IMG/VR virus record: IMGVR_UViG_3300028840_005860
Coordinates: 1-64,000 of that record
Direction: 5' to 3' (one strand)
Length of the DNA stretch: 64,000 nucleotides
The notes under the pieces are model-generated. The model saw only the letters and a list, made by a program, of their open reading frames with translations. It was not told the DNA's origin and did no database searches. The translations under genes were made by a program, and so were the position numbers. Within the stretch, counting starts at the first letter, position 1; every line of letters begins with the position of its first letter. Positions 40,519 to 49,760 of the stretch are shown here, in pieces.

Positions 40519-41130
40519 ATGACCGACGACAACCTGGACGCGGCGATCAACGACAGCTTCCGCCAGCACAAGCGCGGGCTCATCCTCGAGAACCTGGCCG
40601 ACCGCCTGCACCTCACACTCGAGCAGGTCACCAAGCTCACTGCGCACCCCGACCACGGCGCGCTGGTGAAGGAGATCACGCTGCGCGAGCTCGTCGACGA
40701 GGTCAACAAGAAGGGCGGCAAGAAGGGCGGCAAGAAGGGTTCCCAGAAGGCCAAGAACTCCGCCAAGGGTGGCAAGAAGATCGCCAAGAGCTCCTCGAAG
40801 AAGGCCGCCAAGCCGCCCAAGAAGAAGGCCGCCAAGAAGAAGGCCGCCAAGAAGAAGGCCGCCAAGAAGAAGGCCGCCAAGAAGACCGCCAAGAAGGGTC
40901 CAAAGGCAGACAAGGGCAGACCGAAGCCGCGCCTCGACTACGAGACCGGGATGCGGGAGGTCCTGAGCGCCCTGCAGGCGACGGGGCAACCCACGGGCCG
41001 CCAGGCCATCGAGAACGCCACCGGCTACACCGGCGTCCAGGTCAGGACGTTCTGCAAGAGGCTGGCGACCGAGGGCAAGGTCAAGATCCTCGGCGAGGGT
41101 GGTCGGTCGACTCGCTATCAGGCCGTCTAG
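40519..41130 (+). CDS. histone H1-like Lys/Ala-rich protein with C-terminal winged helix
   Basis: (KKAAK)n repeats; VLSALQATGQPTGRQAI...GKVKILGEGGRSTRY. Confidence 0.75.
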   Translation: MTDDNLDAAINDSFRQHKRGLILENLADRLHLTLEQVTKLTAHPDHGALVKEITLRELVDEVNKKGGKKGGKKGSQKAKNSAKGGKKIAKSSSKKAAKPPKKKAAKKKAAKKKAAKKKAAKKTAKKGPKADKGRPKPRLDYETGMREVLSALQATGQPTGRQAIENATGYTGVQVRTFCKRLATEGKVKILGEGGRSTRYQAV

Positions 41131-41133
41131 TCG

Positions 41134-41505
41134 ATGGCGGACCACGACTCGGTCGTCCTCGACCCCCCGCAGCAGGTTTACCTGTTCGACGAGGAGGGCC
41201 AACCCGTCCTCGAGCCGCTCCGACGTCTCGAGGACGTGGCGCCGGGGCTCGTCGTCTGCTTCAGGAATCCCTGGCGTCCGGACGAGTTCGCCCGGGCGCT
41301 GGTACGAGGGCAGCCCGACGCCGTGGTCCTCGAGGTGGGCAACTCGCTAGGTTCTCTCGAGCTAGACGACGAGCTCGGCTGGGTGTGCCGCGGGCTCGTC
41401 AAGAAGCACAGCGTGTTCTCGGGCCTGGCCGAGGAGATGGTGGAGAAGGCGACCGAGGCGGCCTACACCGACGAGCTCATGAAGAAGATGGCCGGCAAGA
41501 AGTGA
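41134..41505 (+). CDS. hypothetical protein
   Basis: 123 aa ORF. Confidence 0.65.
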   Translation: MADHDSVVLDPPQQVYLFDEEGQPVLEPLRRLEDVAPGLVVCFRNPWRPDEFARALVRGQPDAVVLEVGNSLGSLELDDELGWVCRGLVKKHSVFSGLAEEMVEKATEAAYTDELMKKMAGKK

Positions 41506-41623
41506 AACCCTCCTAGCCCCTCACCCACTTCCGCTGTCGGGTGGCAGCGCGAGGAGCCGCCACGTCCGGTCAGCCCACGGAATGTCGACCCTGCTCTAGG
41601 GAAGGGGTGGCCGGGCACCACCC

Positions 41624-42196
41624 CTACCGAGGTCCTCTCGAGAGGTCGAGGAACTCCGCTCTGGCCTCGGGCTTCGTCCTCAGCACCCCCCGGAGGTCGC
41701 TGGTGATCATCTCGTTCCTCGAGCGGATGCCTCGGTGCTCGCAACAGGAGTGGCGACCCCGCACCACCACCCCGACTCCCAGCGGCTCGAGCACCTTCTC
41801 GAGCGCGCCGGCGATCTGGTGTGTCATGCGCTCCTGAACCTGAAGTCGCCGGGCAAAGCAGTGGACGAGCCGGGGCAGCTTGGAGAGCCCGACGAGTTTC
41901 CCGCGGGGGATGTAGGCGACGTCGCAGGTGCCCGAGAACGGCATCAGGTGATGCTGGCACAGGGAGCTGTAGGGGATGTCGCGCACGACGACCATCTCGT
42001 CGTACTTCTCCTCGAAGACCGTGCCCAGGATCTCCTCGGGGTCCTGTCTGTAGCCCTCGGTCATCTCGCGCAGGGCTCGGGCCACCCGAGCTGGCGTCCT
42101 CTCCAGTCCAGGCCTGGTCGGGTCCTCGCCCACCCAGTGCAGCAGGGTCCGGACGGCCTCTTCGACGTGCTCGCGCAGCAGCTCCTCGTCTCTCAT
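41624..42196 (-). CDS. folE: GTP cyclohydrolase I
   Basis: GEDPTRPGLERTPARV, SLCQHHLMPF, GLSKLPR, RLQVQER, HSCCEHRG. Confidence 0.95.
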   Translation of the reverse strand: MRDEELLREHVEEAVRTLLHWVGEDPTRPGLERTPARVARALREMTEGYRQDPEEILGTVFEEKYDEMVVVRDIPYSSLCQHHLMPFSGTCDVAYIPRGKLVGLSKLPRLVHCFARRLQVQERMTHQIAGALEKVLEPLGVGVVVRGRHSCCEHRGIRSRNEMITSDLRGVLRTKPEARAEFLDLSRGPR

Positions 42197-42840
42197 CAGG
42201 GAACCTCCAGCCACTTGTGGATCTGCAGGGACAGCCGCCAGTCGGGATGCTTGAGGCAGAACGCCACCGCCCAGTCCAGCACCTCGCCGAAGGGCGGTCC
42301 CGAACTCGGTGCCTCGGGTTGGACGAATCGATGTCGGCACTCGACCTCCTCGTACTCGAGCGGGTCGTAGGCCGGGAAGACGACCTTGAGCTCGTCGGCC
42401 TTCCTGAGCCTCAGCTCCGAGAACGGGCGCTTGGGGCTGAGCGAGACCCAGTCGAACCCCCCGACGAACGGGAGCTCGAGCGTTCCGTTCGTCTCGAGCG
42501 CCAGCGTGGCGTCCGGGAGGCCGTCGTCCACGGCCTCGAGCAGCTCGGCGTCGAGTTGGAGGAGAGGCTCCCCGCCGGTGAAGACCACGTGCTGGATGCC
42601 GTCGGCGAGTTCGACTACCCGAGCTGCGACCTGCTCGGCCTCGAGGCGTTCGCCCTCGAGGAAGTCCGTGTCGCACCAGGCCGGACACCGAGCTCGAGAC
42701 TTCGCGACGTCCCTAGCCCGATGCCCTTCCCGTCCCGACCAGAGGTTGCAGCCCGCCAGCCTGACGAAGACCGCCGGCGTGCCAGTCCAGTACCCTTCGC
42801 CCTGGAGGGACCTGAAGACCTCTTTGATGCGGTAACTCAT
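42196..42840 (-). CDS. queE: 7-carboxy-7-deazaguanine synthase (radical SAM)
   Basis: KEVFRSLQGEG...PAVFVRLAGCNLW...WCDTDF, FTGGEP, ETNG, SLQIHKWL. Confidence 0.93.
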   Translation of the reverse strand: MSYRIKEVFRSLQGEGYWTGTPAVFVRLAGCNLWSGREGHRARDVAKSRARCPAWCDTDFLEGERLEAEQVAARVVELADGIQHVVFTGGEPLLQLDAELLEAVDDGLPDATLALETNGTLELPFVGGFDWVSLSPKRPFSELRLRKADELKVVFPAYDPLEYEEVECRHRFVQPEAPSSGPPFGEVLDWAVAFCLKHPDWRLSLQIHKWLEVP

Positions 42841-43415
42841 CGACCACCTGCCCCCTTCTGCATCTGTCGATGAACGGCCTCGAGGTCGTAGGGGCTGGGC
42901 GTGGTCCCCGAGATCGACAGTCGTCTCTTCTTGGGCCGGTGCCTCACGCTCGAGAACGTGGCCCTTGAGGTCGGGGTCTCCCAGACGACGACCTCCACCA
43001 TCTCGAACTCCTCGAGCTGCGGGCTGGAGTTGGCCAGCCAGTACAGGTGCCTAGCCAGGCACTCTGCCGTCGGGGGTTCCTCGAGCGCGAACCATCGGCG
43101 CCCCCCGTCGGCCACCTGCATCTCCGACATCTTCGCCATCAGCTCGTCCTGCTCCCAGTAGCAGACGTTGTGGTCCCAGTTGTCGTTGACCCAACCCCCG
43201 ACGATCCTCTTCAGCAGCCCGAAGTCGACCACGAAGCCTTCCTCGGTCAGCTTCTTCGCCCTGCAGGTCACCTCGGCCCGGTACCGGTGACCGTGGAGGT
43301 GGCGGCACTTGCCGTCGTGAAGCGGGATGCGATGCGCCATGTCCCACTCGATGGTGGCCGTCACCTCGTAGTCCCCGTCGGACCGGACGGCCGGAGCTTC
43401 TGCTGTGCTGGTCAT
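42837..43415 (-). CDS. queD: 6-carboxytetrahydropterin synthase domain, possible internal start
   Basis: AHRIPLHDGKCRHLHGHRY, GFVVDFG, WDH, PTAE, VWETPTS; GAGGAGG SD before ATG 43415. Confidence 0.9.
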   Translation of the reverse strand: MTSTAEAPAVRSDGDYEVTATIEWDMAHRIPLHDGKCRHLHGHRYRAEVTCRAKKLTEEGFVVDFGLLKRIVGGWVNDNWDHNVCYWEQDELMAKMSEMQVADGGRRWFALEEPPTAECLARHLYWLANSSPQLEEFEMVEVVVWETPTSRATFSSVRHRPKKRRLSISGTTPSPYDLEAVHRQMQKGAGGR

Positions 43416-44222
43416 GACCTCTTCCTCCTCCTGGACCGGGAAGTGCTCGAAGATCCCCTCGTAGGCGACGTACGTCTCGGTCTCGGCCACCATCTCAAGG
43501 ACCTTCCGTCGGTACTGCTCGGCGTAGGTCTGGCTGTGCCGGGCTCGAGGATCCTCCTCCCGCACGCGACCCTCCCAGCTCCATGCCATCGAGTCCGAGC
43601 TGGCCAGGTACGGCAGCGCCCGTCGCAGGCCGCTGATCTTGACGCCGAAGCCGTGAAGTCGAAGGCCGAGCGCGCTGAGCTCCCCCAGCATCTCGATCAC
43701 CTCGTCGTCGGACTGGCGCCGGGCGATGGAACCGACTCCCACTAGGGGCTGCTCGAGCAGGTCGATGCCGGCCTCGTCGTACATCTCGATGTGGCGGAAG
43801 TAGTCATCGAGCCCCCAGCCCTGGAGGGTTGGAAGCCAGGCCACCCCGGGCTCGAGCTGAACGAGCTCGAGCCAGCTGCGGACGGTGAGCTCCTGGTGCT
43901 CGAGCACGCTCTTGCCGGTCGCCTCGAGGACGTCCGGGCTGCACAGCCAGTCCTGCGTGGCCGCCCACTCCATCGTCCCGGTACCCTCCGCGATCTGCCT
44001 CACCCGCCTGGCGTACTCCTCCGCCGAGACCTTCCAGCGGCCGTTCCGAGCCAGGTGGGAGTACGCGCCCGAGTCCAGGGCGAAGGGCGCTCGGCCGGCG
44101 GGGAAGGGTCTTTTGCGGGGCGCCAGCACGTGGTAGGCGACGAAGAGGTGCTCCGAGCTCCCCCCGTTCCAGACCCAGTTGGTCCGGTCCGTACCCAGGT
44201 AGAACGTGAAGTCGAAGCTCAG
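42837..44222 (-). CDS. dpdA: DpdA-like (DUF7221-type) TGT-fold transglycosylase fused in frame to QueD
   Basis: FYLGT, FALDSG, AATQDWLC, PTLQGW, VGVGSIARRQ, LHGFGVK, SSDSMAWS; CTG start inferred from overlap with the queC stop. Confidence 0.75.
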   Translation of the reverse strand: MSFDFTFYLGTDRTNWVWNGGSSEHLFVAYHVLAPRKRPFPAGRAPFALDSGAYSHLARNGRWKVSAEEYARRVRQIAEGTGTMEWAATQDWLCSPDVLEATGKSVLEHQELTVRSWLELVQLEPGVAWLPTLQGWGLDDYFRHIEMYDEAGIDLLEQPLVGVGSIARRQSDDEVIEMLGELSALGLRLHGFGVKISGLRRALPYLASSDSMAWSWEGRVREEDPRARHSQTYAEQYRRKVLEMVAETETYVAYEGIFEHFPVQEEEEVMTSTAEAPAVRSDGDYEVTATIEWDMAHRIPLHDGKCRHLHGHRYRAEVTCRAKKLTEEGFVVDFGLLKRIVGGWVNDNWDHNVCYWEQDELMAKMSEMQVADGGRRWFALEEPPTAECLARHLYWLANSSPQLEEFEMVEVVVWETPTSRATFSSVRHRPKKRRLSISGTTPSPYDLEAVHRQMQKGAGGR

Positions 44223-45058
44223 GGCTCGTCCTTCCCTCGGGGGTCGTCGGCTCCGTTGCGCAGGGCCTCCTCGACCTCCTCCTTGGTGATGCGCCGAGCC
44301 TTCTTGAGGTCCTCGGGAGACAGCGGCCTGGCGGGGTCGGGCACCCCAAACTCGACCGGCACGTACGCCTGAGCCGGATCCTTCAGCCCGGCCTCCTCGA
44401 ACCCGCGAGCCCGAAGCTTGCAGGCCGGGCACTCGCCGCAGCCTGGCCTCTCGCCCCGGTAGCAGGTCACGCTTCTTTCCAGCGCCTTCCAGCAGTCGTC
44501 TCCGAGGAGTAGGGCGAAGAGAACTGTCTCCTTCTTGGTCTTCTTCAGGAGGGGAGCGTGGATGGTCCAGGGGAGCGTCGAGCTCGGCATCGCGGCCTCC
44601 AGCGCCATCACCATCTTCTCGATGAACACCTGGCGACAGTCCGGGTACCCGCTGAAGTCGGCTTCCGAGAACCCCACCACGAGGTCGCTAGAGCCCTTCT
44701 TCACGGCGTACGCGGCCGCCGCCCCGAGGAACAAGAGGTTGCGGCCCGGAACGAAGGAGGTCGGAAGCCCGCCAGCCACTTCGTCGTCGTCCAGCCCGCC
44801 CGAACTCTGCAGCTTCCTCGAGCTCGTCGCCAGCAGAGCCGAGTCCCCGAGCTGTGCCAGCACGCTCAGCTCGAGAATATCGTGGGGAACGCCGGCCTGC
44901 CTCGCGATGTCGCCAGCTGCCAGGAGCTCGTCCGCGTGGCGCTGGCCGTAGTCGAACGACAGCGCGAAGACGTCGTCGAACCCGTTCCTCGCCCAGAAGA
45001 GGCAGGTCGTGGAGTCCTGACCTCCACTGAAGAGAACCACGGCCGATGACCTGATCAT
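44219..45058 (-). CDS. queC: 7-cyano-7-deazaguanine synthase
   Basis: VVLFSGGQDSTT, FDYGQRH, FVPGRN, GYPDCR, CY...CGECPAC. Confidence 0.95.
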   Translation of the reverse strand: MIRSSAVVLFSGGQDSTTCLFWARNGFDDVFALSFDYGQRHADELLAAGDIARQAGVPHDILELSVLAQLGDSALLATSSRKLQSSGGLDDDEVAGGLPTSFVPGRNLLFLGAAAAYAVKKGSSDLVVGFSEADFSGYPDCRQVFIEKMVMALEAAMPSSTLPWTIHAPLLKKTKKETVLFALLLGDDCWKALERSVTCYRGERPGCGECPACKLRARGFEEAGLKDPAQAYVPVEFGVPDPARPLSPEDLKKARRITKEEVEEALRNGADDPRGKDEP

Positions 45059-45067
45059 GTCCCCACA

Positions 45068-45529
45068 CTACTCCCCTTTCGCGACGGGGTCGTCGGTGGG
45101 GATCTTCTCCACGTCGATGACGAAGATCCAGTTGGGGGCGATCTGGTGCCGCTCGGCCCAGCGGTTCATCGTCGAGAAGAGGTCACCGAGCAGCTCCTCC
45201 CACTCCTTCGCGCCGACGGGTTCCCTGAAGGGGGTGCCCGACACGCAGGCCCTGGGCGCCCCCTGATGGATCAGGAAATCCTCCATCCGCTCCTCGAAGA
45301 GCTGCATCGTCTCGTCGTTGAGGGCCGAGGCGACGAGCTCCTGCCGCATCACCGCCGGGTCGAAGGTACGTCCCAACAGGAACGCCCCCTTCGTCTCCTC
45401 TCGCGCCCCCTTGATGGTCAGATGACGCGACAGGGTCGGAGGACTCCAGTCCTTGCCATCCGAGGACCACGTCCAGTGGTCTCGCTCGTGCTCCTGGTCG
45501 AGGGGAATGAGTTCTTCTGAGGCAAACAT
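45068..45529 (-). CDS. hypothetical protein
   Basis: 153 aa ORF immediately upstream of queC, same strand. Confidence 0.6.
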   Translation of the reverse strand: MFASEELIPLDQEHERDHWTWSSDGKDWSPPTLSRHLTIKGAREETKGAFLLGRTFDPAVMRQELVASALNDETMQLFEERMEDFLIHQGAPRACVSGTPFREPVGAKEWEELLGDLFSTMNRWAERHQIAPNWIFVIDVEKIPTDDPVAKGE

Positions 45530-45580
45530 CTCTTCTTCTACTCCCCCCGGAGTTTCACGAAACCGGGAGTACAACGAGGG

Positions 45581-47195
45581 ATGGCGGAGTCCGAGTTCGA
45601 CGGCCACAGGCTGCTCGAGGCAGCCCGAGACCAGTTCGTCCGAGACATGGAGGCGTCCTTCGGCGAGCGCTGGGCGGAGTTCTCCGAGGAGCTGTGCGGC
45701 ATGCTGTTCGAGCTGTGGTCTCGAGCCAAGGTCGGGGAGCCGCTGCCCTGGTTGCAGGAGGAGCACGAGCAGTTGCTGGTCGACCGCCTCGTCCGGCTCT
45801 TCAAGGACCACCCCGGTCTCCGAGCGGCAGCCGTTCACGACACGCTGACCGCGGGTTCCGGGCTCCTGGTCTCCTGGTCTTCTCACGGCCAACACCTCGA
45901 CCTCGACCAGGTCAACGGTGGCGGCATTCCCAAGTACGCCACCGGCGAGCCCGTCGAGATACAGCAGAACCTGCGCGAGCGCCTCGAGCAGCTGGGTCTC
46001 GCACCTCACGGCTCGCTTCCCGGAGGGTACGACGGGTACCTGCCGGTCCTCCTCGATCAGGCGACCGGGGAGATCGGGGGCTACAGCTACGGCACGTTCT
46101 TCGTCCTCGAGACCGTCCACACATCCCTCGAGACCTCCGACGGCATCTACTGGGCCTTCCCGGACCCCAAGCCCGGGTACTCGTCCTACGCCCACCAGCC
46201 GCACGTCCACCTCCTCGTCGACGGCGAGCCCGAGTGGAACGAGCACTGCACCTGGAACATGCAGACGAACGTCGACGGTCGCGACGTCATCAGCTCGGTC
46301 GGACCCTCGACGGCCGTCTCCACGAGCACGGTCACGGCGGTGTACACTGCGATCAAGAGACGACCATGACCGACCAGTTCGACCGAGACCTCGAGGCCGT
46401 CTTCGACGAGCGCGCCGTCAGCTTCTCCGGCGATCTCCGCGACCGCCTCAGGCAGCTCTGGCGCCAGGGCGTCCTCGAGGGACGGGCTCTCGAGCGAAAG
46501 CAGCTGGCCCTCGACATCAGCAACAGCTGGTACGACCCCAAGCTGGGAAGCCTTGTCGTGCCGATGAAGGAGCCGCTGGTGAGGATCGAGAACGGCTTCT
46601 TCACGTGGACGCAGGCTGGCCGGACGAAGGGGGCCCGCGACGAGAACCGCTTCGCCTCCTGGACGGGCCCCTGGGAGGCCCTGACCGTCGGTCTCGAGGA
46701 GGAGCTCGCCAAACCCAAGCAGGCCCAACCCCTCGAGTTGGTGATCAACGACGACCTTGATGCCCGGCTCCGCGACGATCTCAAGCGAGGAATAGGGGAC
46801 TTCATCCAGGCCCTCTATAATCCCCGCACCTTGAGGGAGTTCAACAACGAATGGGTCCAGAAGCTAGAGCCGAACTCGCCGAGATCGACGGTGCCCTCCA
46901 AGAAGGGACCGTGAGGACCCTTCAGGTTCGTTTCCCGGGTCAGCGGCGCCACACCAAGCAGCCGCTCACGCGCTGGGGCGACTACACCTGGCTGTTCCCC
47001 TTCGGCATCCAGCCCGACCTGAAGGCCCCCGTGGAGGTCTACCGGAACGGCATCGCCCAGTGGATGGGCCAGGAGTGCGAGATCGTCGTGGTGGGCAGCC
47101 CCCGCTGGGTCACCGTCGCGGTGTTCGGCGCTCCGTCGAAGGAGGGCGACGTGGTCCAGGCCAGCTACGAGACGGATCCCGACCAGAGCGGGTAG
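45581..47195 (+). other. hypothetical genes 45581-46369, 46366-46914, 46911-47195
   Basis: Overlap-coupled ORFs. Confidence 0.7.
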
Positions 47196-47722
47196 CCAGC
47201 CCGCTCGAACTCGTGACCGAACCGCTGGTGGATGGCCTCGAGCGACCGGCGGTCCACGTACTCGTGCCAGGGACGCCGCCCCGTCGTCGGGTTCAGGTGC
47301 GGGAGCGGCACGCCCTCCCAGCCGAGTTTCGCCATCACCCTTCGGAAGTCGGCCTCGAGGGACTCGTAGCGCATCACCTCGTCGGCCACCTCGAGGTGGG
47401 CGAAGAGCTCCCTCTCCCCGGGTTGCACGTGCAGCTCGTCCCAGCACCGGACGTACTCGAGCAGCGACATCCTGGGTTCGACCGGTCCCTTGCGGCTCCA
47501 GGGCCCCTTTGTCCTCAGCCAGTCGATGACCACGATCTCGTAGGGGTTCCTCACCGTCGTGAACGCGAGCTCGCCTCCGGCGACCGGCAGGTCCTCGAGC
47601 AGCAGGTGGGGGGGCCGAACGTCCTCGGCGCCGCAGCGGTCTACGAGCGCCCTGACGACCGAGTGTGAGCCCGTCCTCGGCGTCGCCAGGAAGACGAACC
47701 GGCCTCGAAGGAGGGCCGCCAT
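47165..47722 (-). CDS. sulfotransferase family protein
   Basis: FVFLATPRTGSHSV (5'-PSB-like loop), FTTVRNPY, VMRYESLEADF. Confidence 0.75.
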   Translation of the reverse strand: MAALLRGRFVFLATPRTGSHSVVRALVDRCGAEDVRPPHLLLEDLPVAGGELAFTTVRNPYEIVVIDWLRTKGPWSRKGPVEPRMSLLEYVRCWDELHVQPGERELFAHLEVADEVMRYESLEADFRRVMAKLGWEGVPLPHLNPTTGRRPWHEYVDRRSLEAIHQRFGHEFERAGYPLWSGSVS

Positions 47723-48208
47723 CGTCACTCCGAGCGGCGTGCCTCGTATCCCATCAGCTTGTGAGGAACGAAGAGCGCCCCGGCACCGTGGCCGTGACTA
47801 GCCACGCTGGTGGGGGTGCCGACCCAGATCAGGGTGCCGGCCACGTGCTCTCGCATCTGGTCCTCGTCCCGGTAGACCCAGAGCCCCCAGGCCTTGTGAT
47901 GGCCGTGCTCGTCGGGTTCGTCCATGGGAAACCACTTGCTCATGCCGTGTCTCCTTGTCGCTTCATCTCAGCGCGATCTGTTTCCTGGGACAGCGAGCGG
48001 CGTGCCCCGTGGCCGGGTCGATCCCCCGCTCCCTGCAGGTCGCCCACCACTCGGGGGCCAGTCCCCCGAGCGCCGGCTTCCAGCTGGCGATGCGGTGCTC
48101 GCAGAAGGGGCACTTCCCGTTCATCACGAGGCACCTCTGTTCCTCCGTGAGCTCGCGCGCGTCGACTCCTTGGAGCTCGAACATCTCCCTCCTTATACCC
48201 GTCTCCGC

Positions 48209-48237
48209 TTGACAGGGACCGAGCCGGGCAGTACAAC
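48209..48237 (+). promoter_or_regulatory. sigma70-type promoter TTGACA-N17-TACAAC upstream of the tRNA-Gln pair
   Basis: Consensus -35 and 17-nt spacer. Confidence 0.6.
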
Positions 48238-48370
48238 AGGTTCATGGCTACCAGGCTGCAACAGGCCCAGACGTAGCCGGCTCGAGATCCTCGGGCCGGC
48301 GCCACATCCGTGCGCGAGCCCGAGGCCCATCAAGTGCCCCGACGTGCCCGCGCCGGGGTTTTCACGTTCC

Positions 48371-48446
48371 TGGGGCGTAGGTCAGTTGGCAGACCGCCGG
48401 GCTCTGAACCCGGAAGTCGAAGGTTCGAACCCTTCCGCCCCAGCCA
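48371..48446 (+). tRNA. tRNA-Gln(CTG)
   Basis: U1-A72, loop CTCTGAA, G73, CCA. Confidence 0.92.
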
Positions 48447-48447
48447 C

Positions 48448-48518
48448 TCGGGAGTCGTCTAGCGGTCGGACGCCTGACTTTGGATCAGGAAACCGGGGTT
48501 CGAGTCCCTGCTCCCGAG
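48448..48518 (+). tRNA. tRNA-Gln(TTG)
   Basis: U1-A72, loop CTTTGGA, G73. Confidence 0.92.
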
Positions 48519-48779
48519 CTGCCGTCAGCGTCGAAGGCTGTTCATCAGTTTGAGGAGCCTCTCGCCCCGGAGCGCGGCTTCCTTGCATTCTTCCAGGTCG
48601 CACAGGTCCTCGCAGAACGTCCCGTACTGGTTCGTCACGGTGATCGGCTTGCCCGAGCGTGTGCACAGGATCTCCACGCTGTCCGGGGCTGTCCAGTGAT
48701 GTCGCGAGTCACACATCATGCGTACCAGTCTCTGTCTCTGGGCCGTCTCGCCCCCGTCACGGTACCACCTCTCCATCTA

Positions 48780-49751
48780 CTACGGCATCTTCGCATACCG
48801 CTCGAGCCAGAACTCGTACACCTGGTCGATCTCCTCCTGCGGCTCCAGCCCGACCGGTTCCTCGAGCCTGCAGCCGTACAGCGCCCTGCGAACTCCCAGC
48901 GAGCTCGAGATGCGTCGCACCTGTGCTGGCGCGTGACCCGTGCGCCTGAGGGCCTCGTGGAAGAAGGTTCTGCGCCAGTTCTCGCGTCCGTGCTTGAGCC
49001 GGCTGTCCTGAACCGGATGTCGCGTCCCGACGCCCCCTAGCAGGCCCCGGACGGCCTGCATCAAGGTGTCCGACAGCACCGGGTACGTTCCCGACGTCAT
49101 CTGAACCCTCCGCCATCTGCGGCCCGACGGCACCCTCTTGCGCTCGTAGAGGGCAGAGACGCCGAAGGCCCCGGTGGTCTGCACGAGTTCGGGACGGTCG
49201 CCGTAGCGACGCTCCCACTCTCCGAGCACCGCGTCCGTCAGCCCGAGGAGGCCGACCAGGGATCCGCCCCTCCAGGCCGCGAACTCCGGACGGGCTCCCA
49301 CGGTCCGCAGGTCCACGCGGGCGTTCGGACTGCTCACGGGGCACCAGTCGTCTCGATCTCCCATCGACAGGGGCGCCGAGGCGAGCTCGAGCCACCCCAG
49401 CACGTCCCCGGTCTCCTTCGCCAGGACGTTCGTCTTGATGGACCTCCCCGGCCCCTCGGGCTTGGGCATCGACCAGACGTGCTCCACCTGCATGCGCCAC
49501 AGCGCCGAGGTCTCGGGTGCCCCCACCTCGACTCCCTCGGGCGGCAGCCGACATCGCAGGTCGTCCAGGGGCGTCACGGGCCCCTCGAGGAAGAACTCGT
49601 CGAACGGTCCCTTCTCCTCCGGCCTGCGGCAGCCCAAGCTCAGGGCCCGAGCCCGAGCCCCCTGGGCCGGCTCGCCGGTCAGCTGCCCGTCGATCTCGAC
49701 CAGCGCCAGCAGCCTCCGGAGCTCCTCGAGGAACCGGGCCTGCGCGTCCAT
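48780..49751 (-). CDS. DUF4338 / Druantia DruA-like protein
   Basis: ETGDVLGWLELAS, GGSLVGLLG...WERRYG, TTGAFG.SALYER, MTSG. Confidence 0.55.
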   Translation of the reverse strand: MDAQARFLEELRRLLALVEIDGQLTGEPAQGARARALSLGCRRPEEKGPFDEFFLEGPVTPLDDLRCRLPPEGVEVGAPETSALWRMQVEHVWSMPKPEGPGRSIKTNVLAKETGDVLGWLELASAPLSMGDRDDWCPVSSPNARVDLRTVGARPEFAAWRGGSLVGLLGLTDAVLGEWERRYGDRPELVQTTGAFGVSALYERKRVPSGRRWRRVQMTSGTYPVLSDTLMQAVRGLLGGVGTRHPVQDSRLKHGRENWRRTFFHEALRRTGHAPAQVRRISSSLGVRRALYGCRLEEPVGLEPQEEIDQVYEFWLERYAKMP

Positions 49752-49760
49752 CTCGAGGAG

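Noticed and set aside
40805-40890. 15-bp tandem DNA repeat as a regulatory element
   Set aside because: It encodes the KKAAK repeats of the H1-like protein
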